Origin: Lingula anatina
Taxonomy: Eukaryota; Animalia; Brachiopoda
Assembly (NCBI GenBank): GCA_051362555.1
Contig: CM120644.1
Coordinates: forward strand, 20,482,534 to 20,546,533
Length of the DNA: 64,000 nt
Reading direction: 5' to 3'
The position numbers and the translations under genes are program-made. Shown piece by piece: positions 12,966 to 26,314 of this stretch. The notes below the pieces were generated by a model. That model ran no database searches and was not told the origin of the DNA. It worked only from the letters and a program-made list of their open reading frames with translations. How positions within the stretch are numbered: position 1 is the stretch's first letter; each line of letters begins with the position of its first letter.

Positions 12966-14039
12966 TTAAAATTGTTCTACTGATATTTTTCCTTTGTCAG
13001 CAATTTTCCTAGTTGATCATTTAAAAATGACAGTAAATTGATTATTTTGTTTTATGTAAAAAAAGGTGTTGAAAATGGAAAGAAAATCATTTCAGTTATC
13101 TCTTGTTTACATTTTGGCATTTTGAAAGTGTGACTCTGAACTTCCATGGCCTTGGAGACCTTTCCATATCACATTTTCTGAATATCCATGATACTTTTTT
13201 TTTTTTAATTGATGGACATTGTGCTGTTAAGTATTTTGTTATATTGCATGAAAGTTGAAGAAAAACCCTACTTTGGACACTGCTGCCAGGATAGCGATTA
13301 AGGGAAAACCATGTTACTTATGATACTCAAACTTACTGAAAAGTTTCATAAGACTGAAGTGCAGCTTGTGTTGGAAAACCAGTGTAATTGTTTTCTGTTT
13401 TGGAACCAATGCAGTTCTATAGAGTGCTATATGGTGCAATAAATGTATATGGATAGCAGGCAGTATGTTAATTCAGGGTTATAAAGTAATTTGCTTAATT
13501 AATTTTCAAGTTATTTCAGGGTTGTAAAGTAATTTGCTTAATTAATTTTCAAGTGGCCATTAAATGAGATTACATAAAACACACGTTGAGATTTCATTGT
13601 AAAGTCCCATAGGTTTAGCTCTCTTAACTGTGTCACATAATTAGGAATCGATGATTATTATGCAGGTAAATGTTATTTAATATTGAAAATAATTTTACAA
13701 AAGAAAAATTTTGTGTAACGCTTACGTTAATGCTAAAGATGAATAACAGTTCATTACTATTCTCAAACTCAATAGGGTTATTCATATCATGTTAGTAATT
13801 ATACAGCTAGATTAAAAGTTTGAATAGCAGCTTTATTGGAATTTTTTGTTATGTTTTATTGTTTTATTTTTTCTTTTAATTATTTTTCAAACACTAGCAT
13901 CTTCAAGATGTCACTTTCAACTCCCATCCACCAGAAGTGCTGTGCATTTTCTGTTTTTCCACATTAGCAGTTGTGTTTGTTTTTATGTCTTTAAACATTA
14001 TGTAATATTATTTTATGCACTGTTATCATTTTTCACATA

Positions 14040-14765
14040 TTGGGATTTCCATTATGTGAATTTGAACTCTTGTGGTCTTGAAACTGTAATCTTATTGCAG
14101 GGGCTGAATGAGACTGTCTTCTGGGCCTTCTGGGAGATGGTCAGATTTTAATGTTTACATTGATGGGTATCTATTATTTCTGTTGGAATACCATCAAAAA
14201 TGGAGGGTGGATCAACAAAGATAATTTGGAATACTGTCAGAAAATATCTCTCCTGTTCACTACTGTTTTTGACCATGTTATCTGTTGTTCATGATTAAAA
14301 TTCAGTGTTGATTGACAGTATTATTTATTTTTGAATCAAAATTGACAAAATGACCTATTTTTTACATATTTATTCAAATATTGAGACTTTCATCATGTGA
14401 ATTTGAACTTTCATGGTCCTGAAACTGTAATCTTATTGAAGGGGTGGATTGAGACCATCTTCTGGGTCTTCCAGAAGACAGTCAGGTTATTAAGTTTATA
14501 TTGACTGGTATCTATTTTTTTCTGTTGGAAGACCATCAAAATGGAGGATTGATCAAAAAAAGATACTTTCGAATACTGTCAGAAAATATCTCTGGGTTCG
14601 CTCCTGTTATTGACATGTTACCTGTTGTGCATGATTAAAATTCAGTGGTGACTGACAGTGCTATTATAAGCATTATTTATCATTGCATCAAAATTGAGAA
14701 AATTACCTTTTTTGCATCTTTATTTTCTGTTTTTTGTCTGTACATTTGACAGCTTTGCTGCCTTG
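14040..14765 (+). repeat. Two diverged ~340-bp tandem units, related to sequence at 2750-3300
   Basis: Shared anchors tgtgaatttgaact (about 2757, 14056, 14396), catgattaaaatt and ctgtacatttgac. Confidence 0.7.
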
Positions 14766-14767
14766 TT

Positions 14768-16653
14768 CACTTATGTTATCAGTGTTGCATATATGCTGAA
14801 AAAAGTGAAAAACAGCATAACTTCCCTAAAAATGACCCAATCATGCTGATTTTCGAACTTGACCTGCGTATTATGAATATTCAGCAGTTCTGTAAGTTTC
14901 AAGGCAAAAGGTAAAATGGTTTTCCACTTATCGTGTTATCGGTGCTGCATATATGCTGAAACATGACAGCACTGTTCTGCAATGGGTTTACTTCCATTTT
15001 TAAAACACTTTTTTAACATAAAACAAAATAAACAGTTTACTACCATTTGTATATGACCAACTAAGAAAATTGATGAGATGGGAAAAATATCAATAGAACA
15101 GTGTTAAATGTCCAATTTCCTCCATTCTGAGATTCTGAAGATAGTAGATGATTGAATCTGACAAACTGCAATGATATGAGTTTATTTCCATTTTTGACAC
15201 TTAATTACACAATACACGATATCAAGTTTACCATCATTTTTACATAATCAACTAACAGTGTCATAAAGATGCAGGAAATGTCAAACAAACACTTTTACGT
15301 ATCTTATTAGTTCAATAATGAGACTGTTAACATGCCTAACAATTGAATCTCAGGAAATGTGAAAAAACAGCATAACTTCTAAAATAATGGCCCGATTATG
15401 CTGATTTTGGAACTCAACCTGCGTTTTAGTAAGATTGACCACTCCTGTAAGTATAATGACAATTGGCCTATCTGTTTTTCTTATATTGTGTTATCAGTGC
15501 TGCATATATGTTGAAAAAAGTGAAAAAATAGCATAACTCTCCTAAAAATGGCCCGATCATGCTGATTTTCGAACTTGACCTGCGGATTATGAATATTCAT
15601 CAGTTTTGTAAGTTTCAGGCCAAAAAGTAAAAAGGGTTTTCCACTTATTGTGTTATTGGTGCTGCATATATGCTGAAAAAAGTGAAAAAACAGCATAACT
15701 TCCCTACAAGTCACCCGATCATGCTGATTTTCGAACTTGACCTGCGTATTATGAATATTCATCAATTCTGTAAGTTTCAAGCTGAAATAAAAAACAGTTT
15801 TCCACTTATCGTGTTATCGGTAAAAGTGCACGACGGCGACGACGGCGACGACGACAGACACAGATGATGGCTATATGTACAGACACATCTGTGTCTGTAC
15901 ATAAAAATGACCCGATCATGCTGATTTTCAAACTTGACTTGCTTATTATAAATATTTATCAGTTCTGTCAGTTTAAAGCTAAAAGGTACAATGGTTTTTC
16001 CACTTATCGTGTTATTGGTGCTGCATATATGCTGAAAAAATTGAAATAAAAACAGCATAAATTCCCTAAAAGTGACCCGATCATGCTGATTTTCGAACTT
16101 GACCTGCGTATTATGAATATTCATCAGTTCTGCAAGTTTCAAATCAAAAGGCAAAATGGTTTTCCACTTATCGTGTTATCGGTAAAAGTGCACGGCGACG
16201 GCGATGACGGCGACGGCGACGACAGACGCAGATGATGGCTATATGTACAGACACATCTGTGTCTGTACATAAAAAGTGAAAAAACAGCATAACTTCCCTA
16301 CCAGTGACCCGATCATGTTGATTTTCGAACTTGACCTGCATATTATAAATATTCATCAGTTTTATAAGTTTCAAGCCAAAAGGTAAAATATTTTTCCACC
16401 TATCGTGTTATCGGTGCTGCATATATGCTGAAAAAAGTGAAAAAAACAGCATAACTTCCCTGAAAATGGCCCGAACATGCTTATTTTCGAACTTGACCTG
16501 CATATTATGAATATTCATCAGTTCTGTAAGTTGGAGCCAAAAGCAAAAACAGTTTTCCACTTATTGTGTTATCGGTAAAAGTGCATGATGGCGACGACGA
16601 CAGACGCAGGTGATGGCTATATGTACAGACACATCTGTGTCTGTACATAAAAA
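14768..16653 (+). mobile_element. Helentron/pearl/Tsp-like array: ~160-bp core repeats with three microsatellite+hairpin termini
   Basis: ~160-bp units, interrupted at about 14960-15355 by unrelated DNA. Runs of units end in (GACGGC/GAC)n plus the 13-bp-stem hairpin tatgtacagacac-atct-gtgtctgtacata and aaaa, at about 15875, 16245 and 16620. Confidence 0.8.
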
Positions 16654-16710
16654 GTATTGTTGAATGATATAATCAACTTGCAGTTAGTGTTGTTCTCTTT
16701 TAAAACATAC

Positions 16711-16939
16711 TCTGCACAGCTCTTTCAACTAGAGAATCCTTCACAAAAGAAACTGTTGCTGACAGTTCTTGTGGGCTGAAAAAACTCTGTAGTAACTTCT
16801 TTATCACAAAGGTCCTTGACTTTTTGGTACACTTTGAGAGAGTTTCAATGAGCCACCAACTATAGATATTCACAGCAAAGTCTGTCACTTCTAGTCTTGT
16901 CATGCCAGGTTCCATATGTTGTCTACTCTCTAGGATCAC
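16711..16939 (-). CDS. Putative exon encoding a BEN-domain-like peptide (transposon accessory protein)
   Basis: Acceptor tttatttcag and donor gtatgt bound a 229-nt open exon. KCTKKSRTFVIKKLLQSFFSPQELSA resembles the BEN helix motif (LLxxFFsxeEL). It lies inside the CACTA-like element. Confidence 0.5.
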
Positions 16940-17427
16940 CTGAAATAAACAATTTTTCAACAAATATGCATTTGTTCAAGTAACACAGTAAGAGACAGAT
17001 AAAATTATATAGATAATATTTAATAAACCACAAACCAAAAATTAAATGAAATGTAATTTTTTTTTAGATTCAACTGCATTTGAAGAAACATTTTGATGAG
17101 CAATTGATCATTGTTTTATAAGAAATGAAGAGACTAAACAGTGATTGCATTCTGTATCCTTGTTTCTTTGTTGTCTAAAAGGGAAGTATACTTTATAAAT
17201 TATAACGTATTAAATGTAATATAGATATAATGTTTACAATGTACACTACAAATTAGATCAATTTTCTCATTTTCAATTTGATTAGATGCCCAAATGATCC
17301 AATGCATTACTGTAATACATACCTTCCTCAATCCAATTTTTCTACACTCTGTATTCTTCCACTATGCACCTGAATTTAAACTAAGCCTTCACTCATTTGC
17401 TGCTCGTCTCATATAAACAAAGACTTA

Positions 17428-17878
17428 GACCCCATTCCCACAGATTTTAGATCGATCTATCCCTGTGGGGAATCTCACTAGATTACTGTCAGCTTAGCCG
17501 GCTTAAGCATCTGTCCCACCTACTAAAAGCTGTAAGGGGGTAATTAACTACCGTGCGCGCTTGGCTGACATCAATTAAGCATGAACCCCCAGGGAGTTAG
17601 GTCGATCTAGATGGATTGATATAAATCTATGGCAATGCAGGGTTCCCATACTTAGATCTAATACTTTGACCTAACTCCCTGGGGGTTCACGTTAAATTGC
17701 TATCAGCTCAATAGGCTTAAATGTCTGTCACGCTTACCGAATCAGCTAGGGAGTAAAGATAATTACCTCCTAACAGCTTTACTAGGCGTGACAGACATTT
17801 AAGCTGGTTCTGTTGATAGCAATTTAGTGAGACTTCCCAGGGGGATAGATCCATCAAAATATCTGTGGGAATGGTCCC
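17428..17878. mobile_element. Two family-A MITEs fused in inverted orientation
   Basis: 17428-~17640 and ~17640-17878 carry the internal aacccccagggagttaggtc motif in opposite orientations. Confidence 0.75.
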
Positions 17879-19700
17879 ATAGACAGGATACCACATATCT
17901 GATAACACCAAATAGGTGGTTACTGTAATTGGTGTAACAATACTGTAGCTACAGGAATAGTGACCTAATAATAGGTGCCAGGCTAACAAAAGAAATTCAC
18001 AGTTAAATCTGTTGTTATGGCTGGTGGAGTACGTAGGACATTCTCTAACATCAGTTGACTGTTAAACTTTAGGCTTTAAGTGTGATTGAGCATGATTTAT
18101 AATAAGATAAATCTTTAAAATTATTAATTTGTCCTTGCTTCCCATCCTTTATGAGGGACTTATGAGAGACTAAATGTTAAGGTTGACTTTTAATATAATA
18201 GAAGAAATAAGAAGCAAGTGAATATCATCATAAAAATGGTAAAAATACATTATATACTGTTTTTTATCTTTTTGTGAAAATTAACTATGTAGCGAAGTCA
18301 AGATTATACTAGTAGGAGTCATGTTTAATTTACCACAATCCTAGATTTCATGACTGTTTTTGATACATCCTGATAATTTTTTTAATAGTGGGTATGGCAC
18401 TGCAAAAGTTGTGATTTAATGAATGAGTTTAAAAGGTTGATTAGGCATTTTTCTATTAGATGTTGTTAAACTTATATTGCCCTTGACCTATTCTCATACT
18501 TTGAGTGAGGTAATAAAGACCATTTTTTGTTAGAACAATACAATTAATAACTAGCTTTACATAATGTTATTCATTTGTTTGTTGGACTAATTTTGGCATT
18601 TTAATTGTTTTCAAAGGAAAAGCTAAAACTGCATATTCCCAAACAGGAATAGATTTCAATTTGCTCTAGGGTGATTTAAATTTTGTCTGGATTTCTCTCT
18701 GGCCTGCAACAAAAATACCCACTATAGCTCACAATAGTGTATTATTTATCATAGTGTACTTGCCACTTACAGTGTATATATGAAAATAATTAAAATTTTA
18801 TATAAGCATTGATTATTTCTAATTGATGGATATAAAGTAAAATGTGTATTGAAGTATTTTGTTTGTGTAATTGTCAATGGCAGTGCATGTACATGTATCT
18901 TGTATTGGTGCATATTAAATAATCAAATGATAAGGTTTTTAATCTAAAATACCAAGTCTTTTGCATACTTTCTGCACACTATCTGTACTTATGGAAGATT
19001 TTTTACCGCACACTTCTGCACACTCCCCAAAGCTGTCTACTGCACACTCTAGAGTGTGCCACACATATGCGGTACATTTGCAGCACATGTGCTGCACACT
19101 TTTCATTTTGCTAAGGGAATGTGACGTTGATTCAACGTTGTATTTTGGTCGTCATGATCCTACACATGGTGTTAAAGTCCACTAAATGCAGGTGATGAAC
19201 TCACTCATTTACATATTATGTTTATATAATCAGTCAGCATATTAGCATTCAACTTGCTTCAGTCTTGCATGAATATTTATCATCCTTTGTATAGGTATAC
19301 CTAATAAGTACTGATAAGAAGAAACTCTCACTAGTCATCTATTGCATTGCAATTAGTATTTAAATAAGTTGCTGCCACTGTGGCATGCAGGTACTGTAGA
19401 TTCCCTGTAGATAATGTGTATAAATGCTGAATGTTTGGACCTAATAAAGGGACTTTAGACTTGGAACTGAATATGTGAGTTTGTGGTTATATTCCCTCTC
19501 CCATGAATCAGTGACAAGTGAAATATTAGAAGAACCTGGGTAGGGTGGAACATGGACCCCTACAATGGATCATAATTTAAATTATATTGAGTCCATGTAG
19601 AGTCAGTATTATTAATTATTAAAAAGGTGATATGTTGTTTATATAAAGGCCAAGAATTTACGGCAGCTGTATGGTATATATGTTGCCGTGGGTAATAATT

Positions 19701-20459
19701 CCCAGCAGGCATAGTTGCGTTGGATCAACGTTGAAAACAGGTTGATACGTTGAATTGCCGTTGATCTACCTAAATTCAATGTCAAATCAATGTTGATCCA
19801 GCCATGTCGAAACACCGTAATAATGTGATGTTGACTCAACGTTGTATTTTGGTCAATGACACAACCTTGCAGTTATGGATTGTAATTTAAAATATTAATT
19901 ATTGAAAATGTGATACTTTGTTTATCAATACTGTAACTAAATTTATCAAAATAATAACAAAATGGTTTTAAAGTAAAAGTGACAGTTGTTTTGTGTCTTT
20001 AGTTAACTAGTGAATTTTCTTATCTTGTTATTCAGAAATACATTCCAATAAACTGAATTACTTGCAAGGTCAGCTAACACTAGGATAAATAAGTTACTGT
20101 AAATGTGATGGTGTTAAACGTTCTTGGTAACCTGTTATAGATAGACAGGTTGAGGTGACTGTGACTTTGTTATATATAAGAAAATAACTCTATATACTAA
20201 TCTAAACCTTGGAAATTCTAACTTAAAGGCCATACATTTCTACCCTACATATATTTAGCCATCAAATGTGTCTTACTGCTAAACACATCCAGGCTAATTT
20301 CCTGCTGGGTGGGGTTGATATAACATTGTTTTCTGATGTTGATACAACGTTGTTATCTGAGGTTGACACAACTTTCAAATCCAACGTTTATTCAATGTCT
20401 ACTCAACGTTATGGTTCAACGTTGTTTCAACGTTAAAACAACATAATTTGCCTGCTGGG
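19701..20459 (+). mobile_element. Non-autonomous EnSpm/CACTA-like element with CCCAGCAGGCA termini
   Basis: TIR cccagcaggca / tgcctgctggg and subterminal (t)caacgttg repeats. TSD not preserved. Confidence 0.75.
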
Positions 20460-21123
20460 ATCAATACTGTAACAAACTTTATCAAAATATAAAAAATGGT
20501 GCTTTAAAGTAAAAATGATAGTTGTTTGGTGTCTATATAGTGAACTAGCGATTTTACCCAACTTGTTTTTCAGAAATATAATCTACTAAACTTCCTCACA
20601 AGGTCAGTTAACATAAGGATAATTAATTCAAGCTAAATATGTGAGTAAAGTTAATGAAGTTGTTGGTTTATGGTATCCTGTTATGGATCGATAGATTAAC
20701 ATAACAGGCTGAGGTGACCCTGACTTTCTTATATATGTGTGTAGCTAAACCGTTGTAACCCTCACCTAAAAGCCAAACATAAACACCCTACATATATTCA
20801 GCCATCAAACACGTCATGCTGTTAAACACACTCAGACCAAAAGCGTGTAACATACTTAAGAGCAAAATGTGCCTAGGAGCTAAATGCAATGAAAAAATGA
20901 GACAAAACAGGCGCTTAGGAGCTAAATGTGTTTAGGAGCTAAATGTTGTTTAGTATACGTTATAATTGTTTACCTGTGTTTTTGAATAAAAATAAAACAT
21001 TTCAGGTCGTTTTAATGTCTTTTTATGCAAAGATATTGTCTAACAACTGGGGTTGATACAATGTTGTTATCTGATGTTGATACAGCATTGTTATTTGACG
21101 TTGATCCAATTTTCAAGTCCAAT

Positions 21124-21763
21124 CCCAGCAGGCATAGTCCCGCTGGATCAATGTTGAAAACTGGTTGATACGTTGAATTGCCGTTGATCTACTTAAATTC
21201 AACGTAAAATCAACCTTGATCCAGCCACATCAAAACACCGTCATAATGTGACATTGACTCAACGTTGTATTTTGGTCATTGACACAACCTTGCAGACATG
21301 GATTGTAATTTAAAATATTAATTATTGAAAACGTGATACTTTGTTTATCAATACTGTAACTTACTTTATCAAAATAATAAAAAAAGTGTTTTAAAGTAAA
21401 AGTGACAGTTGTTTTGTGTCTTTAGTGAACTAGTGAATTTTCTTAACTTGTTATTCAGAAATACATTCCAATAAACTGAAGTCCTTGCAAGGTCAGCTAA
21501 TACTAGGATGAATTAGTTGCTGTAAATGTGATGGAGTGAAGTTAATAAAGTTGACAGTTCTTGGTACCCTGTTATAGATAGACAGGTAGAGGTCATTTTA
21601 ATGTCTTTTCATGCAAGAATGTTGTCTAACAACTGGGGTTGATACAATGTTGTTATCTGACGTTGAGTCAACTTTCAAATCCAATGTTTATCCAATGTAT
21701 TATCAACGTTATGGTTCAACGTTATTTCAACATAATTTAAAACAACATAATTTGCCCGCAGGG
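21124..21763 (+). mobile_element. Second CCCAGCAGGCA-family copy
   Basis: Closely similar to 19701-20459; degenerate right end tgcccgcaggg. Confidence 0.72.
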
Positions 21764-21819
21764 AATTGATGTCCAGAAACTCAGGCTCATAATTCCAACC
21801 ACTGGTTTATTTCATCCTC

Positions 21820-21851
21820 AAACAAACAAACAAACAAACAAACAAACAAAC
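21820..21851. repeat. (AAAC)n microsatellite
   Basis: Seen directly. Confidence 0.95.
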
Positions 21852-22177
21852 GTGAACTTTACAGAAAGCAATATATTTTTATTTACAATAGCATTATTAG
21901 CAGTATATCTGGATAACAATAGTACAAGTGTTCCTCATTAAAATGTATTAAAACTAACACAGGTCCACCATTTCACCAATGTACTGTATAATCTGTTATA
22001 CATGTAGTAAATGTTACAACTACCATTATGCAATTGGCAAGTGCAGGATATGGGTTCTAAAAGGTTGTATGGACATAATAAGTACTACTTCATATGCTAA
22101 TCTCATATACTCTAATGTGCAAATAATCCAGACTATCTATACCTTCACCATTTAGACAAAGAGTATAACAATTCTTA

Positions 22178-22397
22178 GACTGGGTTCCCATAAGCCTATC
22201 ATACTGTCTAGCAAAACAGATCCAATTCCAAGGGGATTCTGGCTAAATTGCATTCAGTTTAAGTGGCTTAAATGTCTGTCACACCCACGGAAGCAGCTAG
22301 GGGGTAATTAACTTTCATGCATGCTTAAACTAAATGCAAATTAGAGATTTGCAGATAGATCGATCCTGCTAGTCTGATGGGGTATGGGAATGGCCCC
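22178..22397. mobile_element. Family-A PIF/Harbinger MITE
   Basis: TSD TTA on both sides; ttcccata / tatgggaat inverted termini. Confidence 0.78.
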
Positions 22398-25256
22398 TTA
22401 AACATCTAATGAAAACCATCTTTTCTGGCATGGAGGGAATTGAACATGCACAGGGTACTGGTGTAAGCTTAATAATAATACAAAGTTGCCTAGGCTTATT
22501 GCTGATGACAGAGATAAAAGATAAAATGACTCCATTACTGAACTATCCTACAAAACAACCTAACTAAAACATATAAATTTGACCATGGAGTTAAACTTTA
22601 TAAATTGTGAATAAATAAAATCCCAAGTGCCCCAAATTCCTGTACTATTCTTGAGCAACTTGGCTATGTAGGGAAGACTATTTACATCTGCAAAATACTA
22701 AATACCCCCAACAACCTTAACTGATACCACCATACATATGGTAATAACTCAAATTTTTCAATGGAGGAAAATTGTGAATTTTATAGATATTGTATTATTT
22801 AAGTTATATTTTCTTAAAATGATAATATTCCTATTGAGTGGTAGCAACAAAAGTAAAAGTATGTTGCTCTATGGTTCTATTCCATTGTAGTAAAGAACAC
22901 AAATGCTACTTAGAAATATAATTTTGTGATCATAAAATTATGTATCTGAAAGTTTGATCATTTCTGCCCATGAAAGAGCAGATGTTTAAGTCCATCAACA
23001 TCACAGTTAAATCTCCACTCTGTCACAATACCATCTGTACCTCAGTATGAGAAAAAGGCAAAGGCTTATTCACACCAAGTGCATGCGATCAATTTAGACA
23101 TACCTCTTGACACAAACTCACTTAGTTTACACGCAACACCATAAAGGTAGCTTTAATTTGGATAATATCTAACATACAACAGTTTCTCTCTTCCGCATGT
23201 CATAACTATCTGAAGATGGAATGCACTTCTTATTCTCTTAATGATCCTATAAGACTCTCAATCGTTTTTATAAGAACATAGCACTTCCTTGACACCTGTA
23301 CTCTGCCTATAGCACTTACAATTTTTTTTTTCGTCATTAGTACAGCCAATGTGATACTACAAGTGAAGGGAAAGATCTGTAGAAATATGGCAATGAAAAT
23401 AACATAAAATATATTACAAACATTTTGTTTCAAAAAGTTACACGTCACATCTCCATCTTTGCTTATTTGAAGTGCCAGGTGTTTGTCTGCCTGTATTCCA
23501 GGATGGCCAACAGGTTGGTGCTGTGGACGCTGGAGGATGGAAGGTTTGCTGCTTTGGACAGTATACCAGGGTGTAAGCACTGATGCTTTCAATAACTTCA
23601 TTCAAATAGGTGTCCAGAATGCTACAAATGGTTCTCTCTCATTCAAAATATTATACATGGTTCATATAGTGGTAATCTATGTCAAATGTACTGATGTTGA
23701 TTGAAAGGAGCAGACACAGACTTTAATATAATGCACAAGACAGTAAGTGTGACGGTCACAACTGCTGGAAGTACAGATTAAAACCTGTAATTAACACAAA
23801 GAGGAATGCTGTCTGGTGTTGGAAACCACTGCTCTGAGGGCATGATACATAGCAGACCTAGGCTGCAGCCAGTGCACCTAGCTCTTTCTTCAATCCTCTT
23901 CCTCCAGAGGCCCATGCTCACATTCCCCTGGTCCTTACCCATCTCCAAAAAGTCACAGATGCTCATTTCTTACATAGTGAATAATACCTTTCCACTTTGC
24001 CTAAGTATAAGAAAAAAAGTTGGAGTTAATTGGGTAAATCAAATACACATATAAGATATGATATAAGAGCCGAGATTTAATGACTGTGCCCCGCAGGGAC
24101 AACGTGTGGGGAGGCGTGTGAGAGGCGGAGAGACTATTAAAAGATTAGGTGGTTTTCCTTTCATGTGCGTCCGCCATTTTTAGTCCCAGGATTTGTAAAG
24201 CCTGGCTCAAATCGTTGTGAATGCGGTCTAAGTGAGCATTTTCCAAAATGATAATTTCTCAGATACAACAATGGTCACATTGTGATTGAAGAGAATTACC
24301 AGTATGGCAATATCATAGTTACACTGACCTGTGCTGAGGCTGCTAGGTTGAGATCAGTTCAGTTGTCCTCAGTGTGATGATAATCCAGGAAACACACCTT
24401 CATTTCTACTGAAAACAGATACTACATCATCAATAAATAATATATATGTAGACACATACAGTAGTTACAACACAGACATAACAAAGTGATCTAAATATAT
24501 TGTTTTATTATAATAAACAGATAGGAATAATAAAGACATAGTGATCAAAATATATACAGACACATTCAATGTCTCAAGCGACAATGCACAGGCATCAAGA
24601 TGCGTATACATGATACTTTGTCTATATCAAGTTTTTTGCTAAGCGAACCCTCGCTCCCCCAACTCCGAACATTTCACATTAACCCATGTCACCTTGAACA
24701 TATTTAAAACTGATTTGGATCTAAGTGACCCATTTACAAATGTTAATTTCTCAGTTACAACATATATATAGTGGTGATGGTCACAATGGGATTGAAGAGA
24801 ATCACCAGTGTAGCAATATCATTGTTGCACTGACCTTTTTTTGCTGATGATGTAAGGTTGTAGAACAAGATGGTGAAAAGATGAATTCAGCTGTTCTCAG
24901 TGTGATGATAATCCAGGAAACACACTTTAATCTCTTCTGAAAACCGATAATACATCATCAATAAAAATATATATGTAGACACATACAGTAGTTACAACAA
25001 AGACATAACACAGTGATCAAAATATATTATCATATTATAATAAACACATACAGCGAAAAATAAAGACATAGACAGTGATCAGAATACATACAGACACATT
25101 CAATGTCTCAACAGACAATGCACAGGCATCAAGATGTACACATGAAATTTTGTCTATATCAAGATTGTTGCTAAGTGCACCCTCGCCCCACCAACTCCAA
25201 ACAGTTCGCATTAACCCTTGTCACCTTGAACATATCTAAAACTGATTTGGATCTTA

Positions 25257-25470
25257 GGGCGTATTCCCAGAGCTCTTAGATCGATCTATCCCGGCGGGGA
25301 GTCTCACTAAATTACTGTCAGATAATCCGGCTTAAATGTCCGTCCTGCTACTACAAGCTGTAAGGGGGTAATTAACTTTCGTGCCCGCTTGGCTGACAGC
25401 TATTTAGCGTGAACCCCCAGGGAGTTAGGTCGATCCAAAGTAGATCGATCTAATCTCTGGGAATGGGGTC
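25257..25470. mobile_element. Family-A PIF/Harbinger MITE inserted in satellite
   Basis: TSD TTA; termini attcccagag / ctctgggaat. Other units have the empty site ggatctaagtgacc. Confidence 0.88.
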
Positions 25471-26095
25471 TTAGTGACCCATTTACAAATGTTAATTTCT
25501 CAGTTACAACATATAGTGGTGATGGTCACAATGGGATTGAAGAGAATCGCCAGTGTAGCAATATTGTTGTTGCACTGACCTTTTTTTGCTGATGATGTAA
25601 GGTTGTAGAACTAGATGGTGAACAGATGAAATGCAGCTGTCCTCAGTGTGATAATAATCTAGGAAACACACCTTCATCTCTACTGAAAACAGATAATACA
25701 TCATCAATAAAAATAATATATGTAGACACATACAGTAGTTACAACACAGACATAACAGTGTTCAAAATATATTATCATATTATAATAAACACATACAGCG
25801 AAAATAAAGACATAGACAGTGATCAGAATACATAAAGACACATTCAATGTCACAACAGACAATGCACAGGCATTAGAATGTATACATAAAATTTTGTCTA
25901 TATCAAGATTGTTGCTAAGCGCACCCTCGCCCCCCAACTCCTAACAGTTCACATTAACCCTTGTCACCTTGAACATATATAAAACTGAGTGGGATCTAAG
26001 TGATCCTTTTCCAAAATGATAATTTCTCAGGTACAACATTTAGTGGCAATGGTCACATTGCGACTGAACAGAATCACCAGTATGGCAATATCATA

Positions 26096-26314
26096 GATCC
26101 CATTCCCATAAATTTAAGATTGATCTATCCCTGTGGGAAGTCTCACTAGATTACTGTCAGCTTAGCCGGCTTAAGTGTCTGTCCCGCCTACTAAAAGCAG
26201 TAAGGGGGTAATTAACTATGGTGTGCGCTCAGCTGACAGCAATTTAGCGTGAAGGGAGTTAGGTCGATCTAAATCTAAATCTCTGGATCGATCTTAATCT
26301 CTGGGAATGCACCC
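26096..26314. mobile_element. Family-A PIF/Harbinger MITE inserted in satellite
   Basis: TSD ATA. Other units have the empty site caatatcatagttgcac. Confidence 0.85.

Larger units (their letters stand above)
6403..19117. mobile_element. 12.7-kb EnSpm/CACTA (CMC)-like TIR element containing many nested TEs
   Basis: TIRs ccctaagcaaaat / attttgctaaggg (12/13 match), TSD AA, and subterminal (ct)gcacac arrays at both ends (6420-6650, 18960-19100). It splits a host repeat precisely. No transposase recognised. Confidence 0.78.

Noticed and set aside
23230-24054. ORFs and exon-like segments left of the satellite
   Set aside because: Frames are interrupted and no protein similarity is recognisable.
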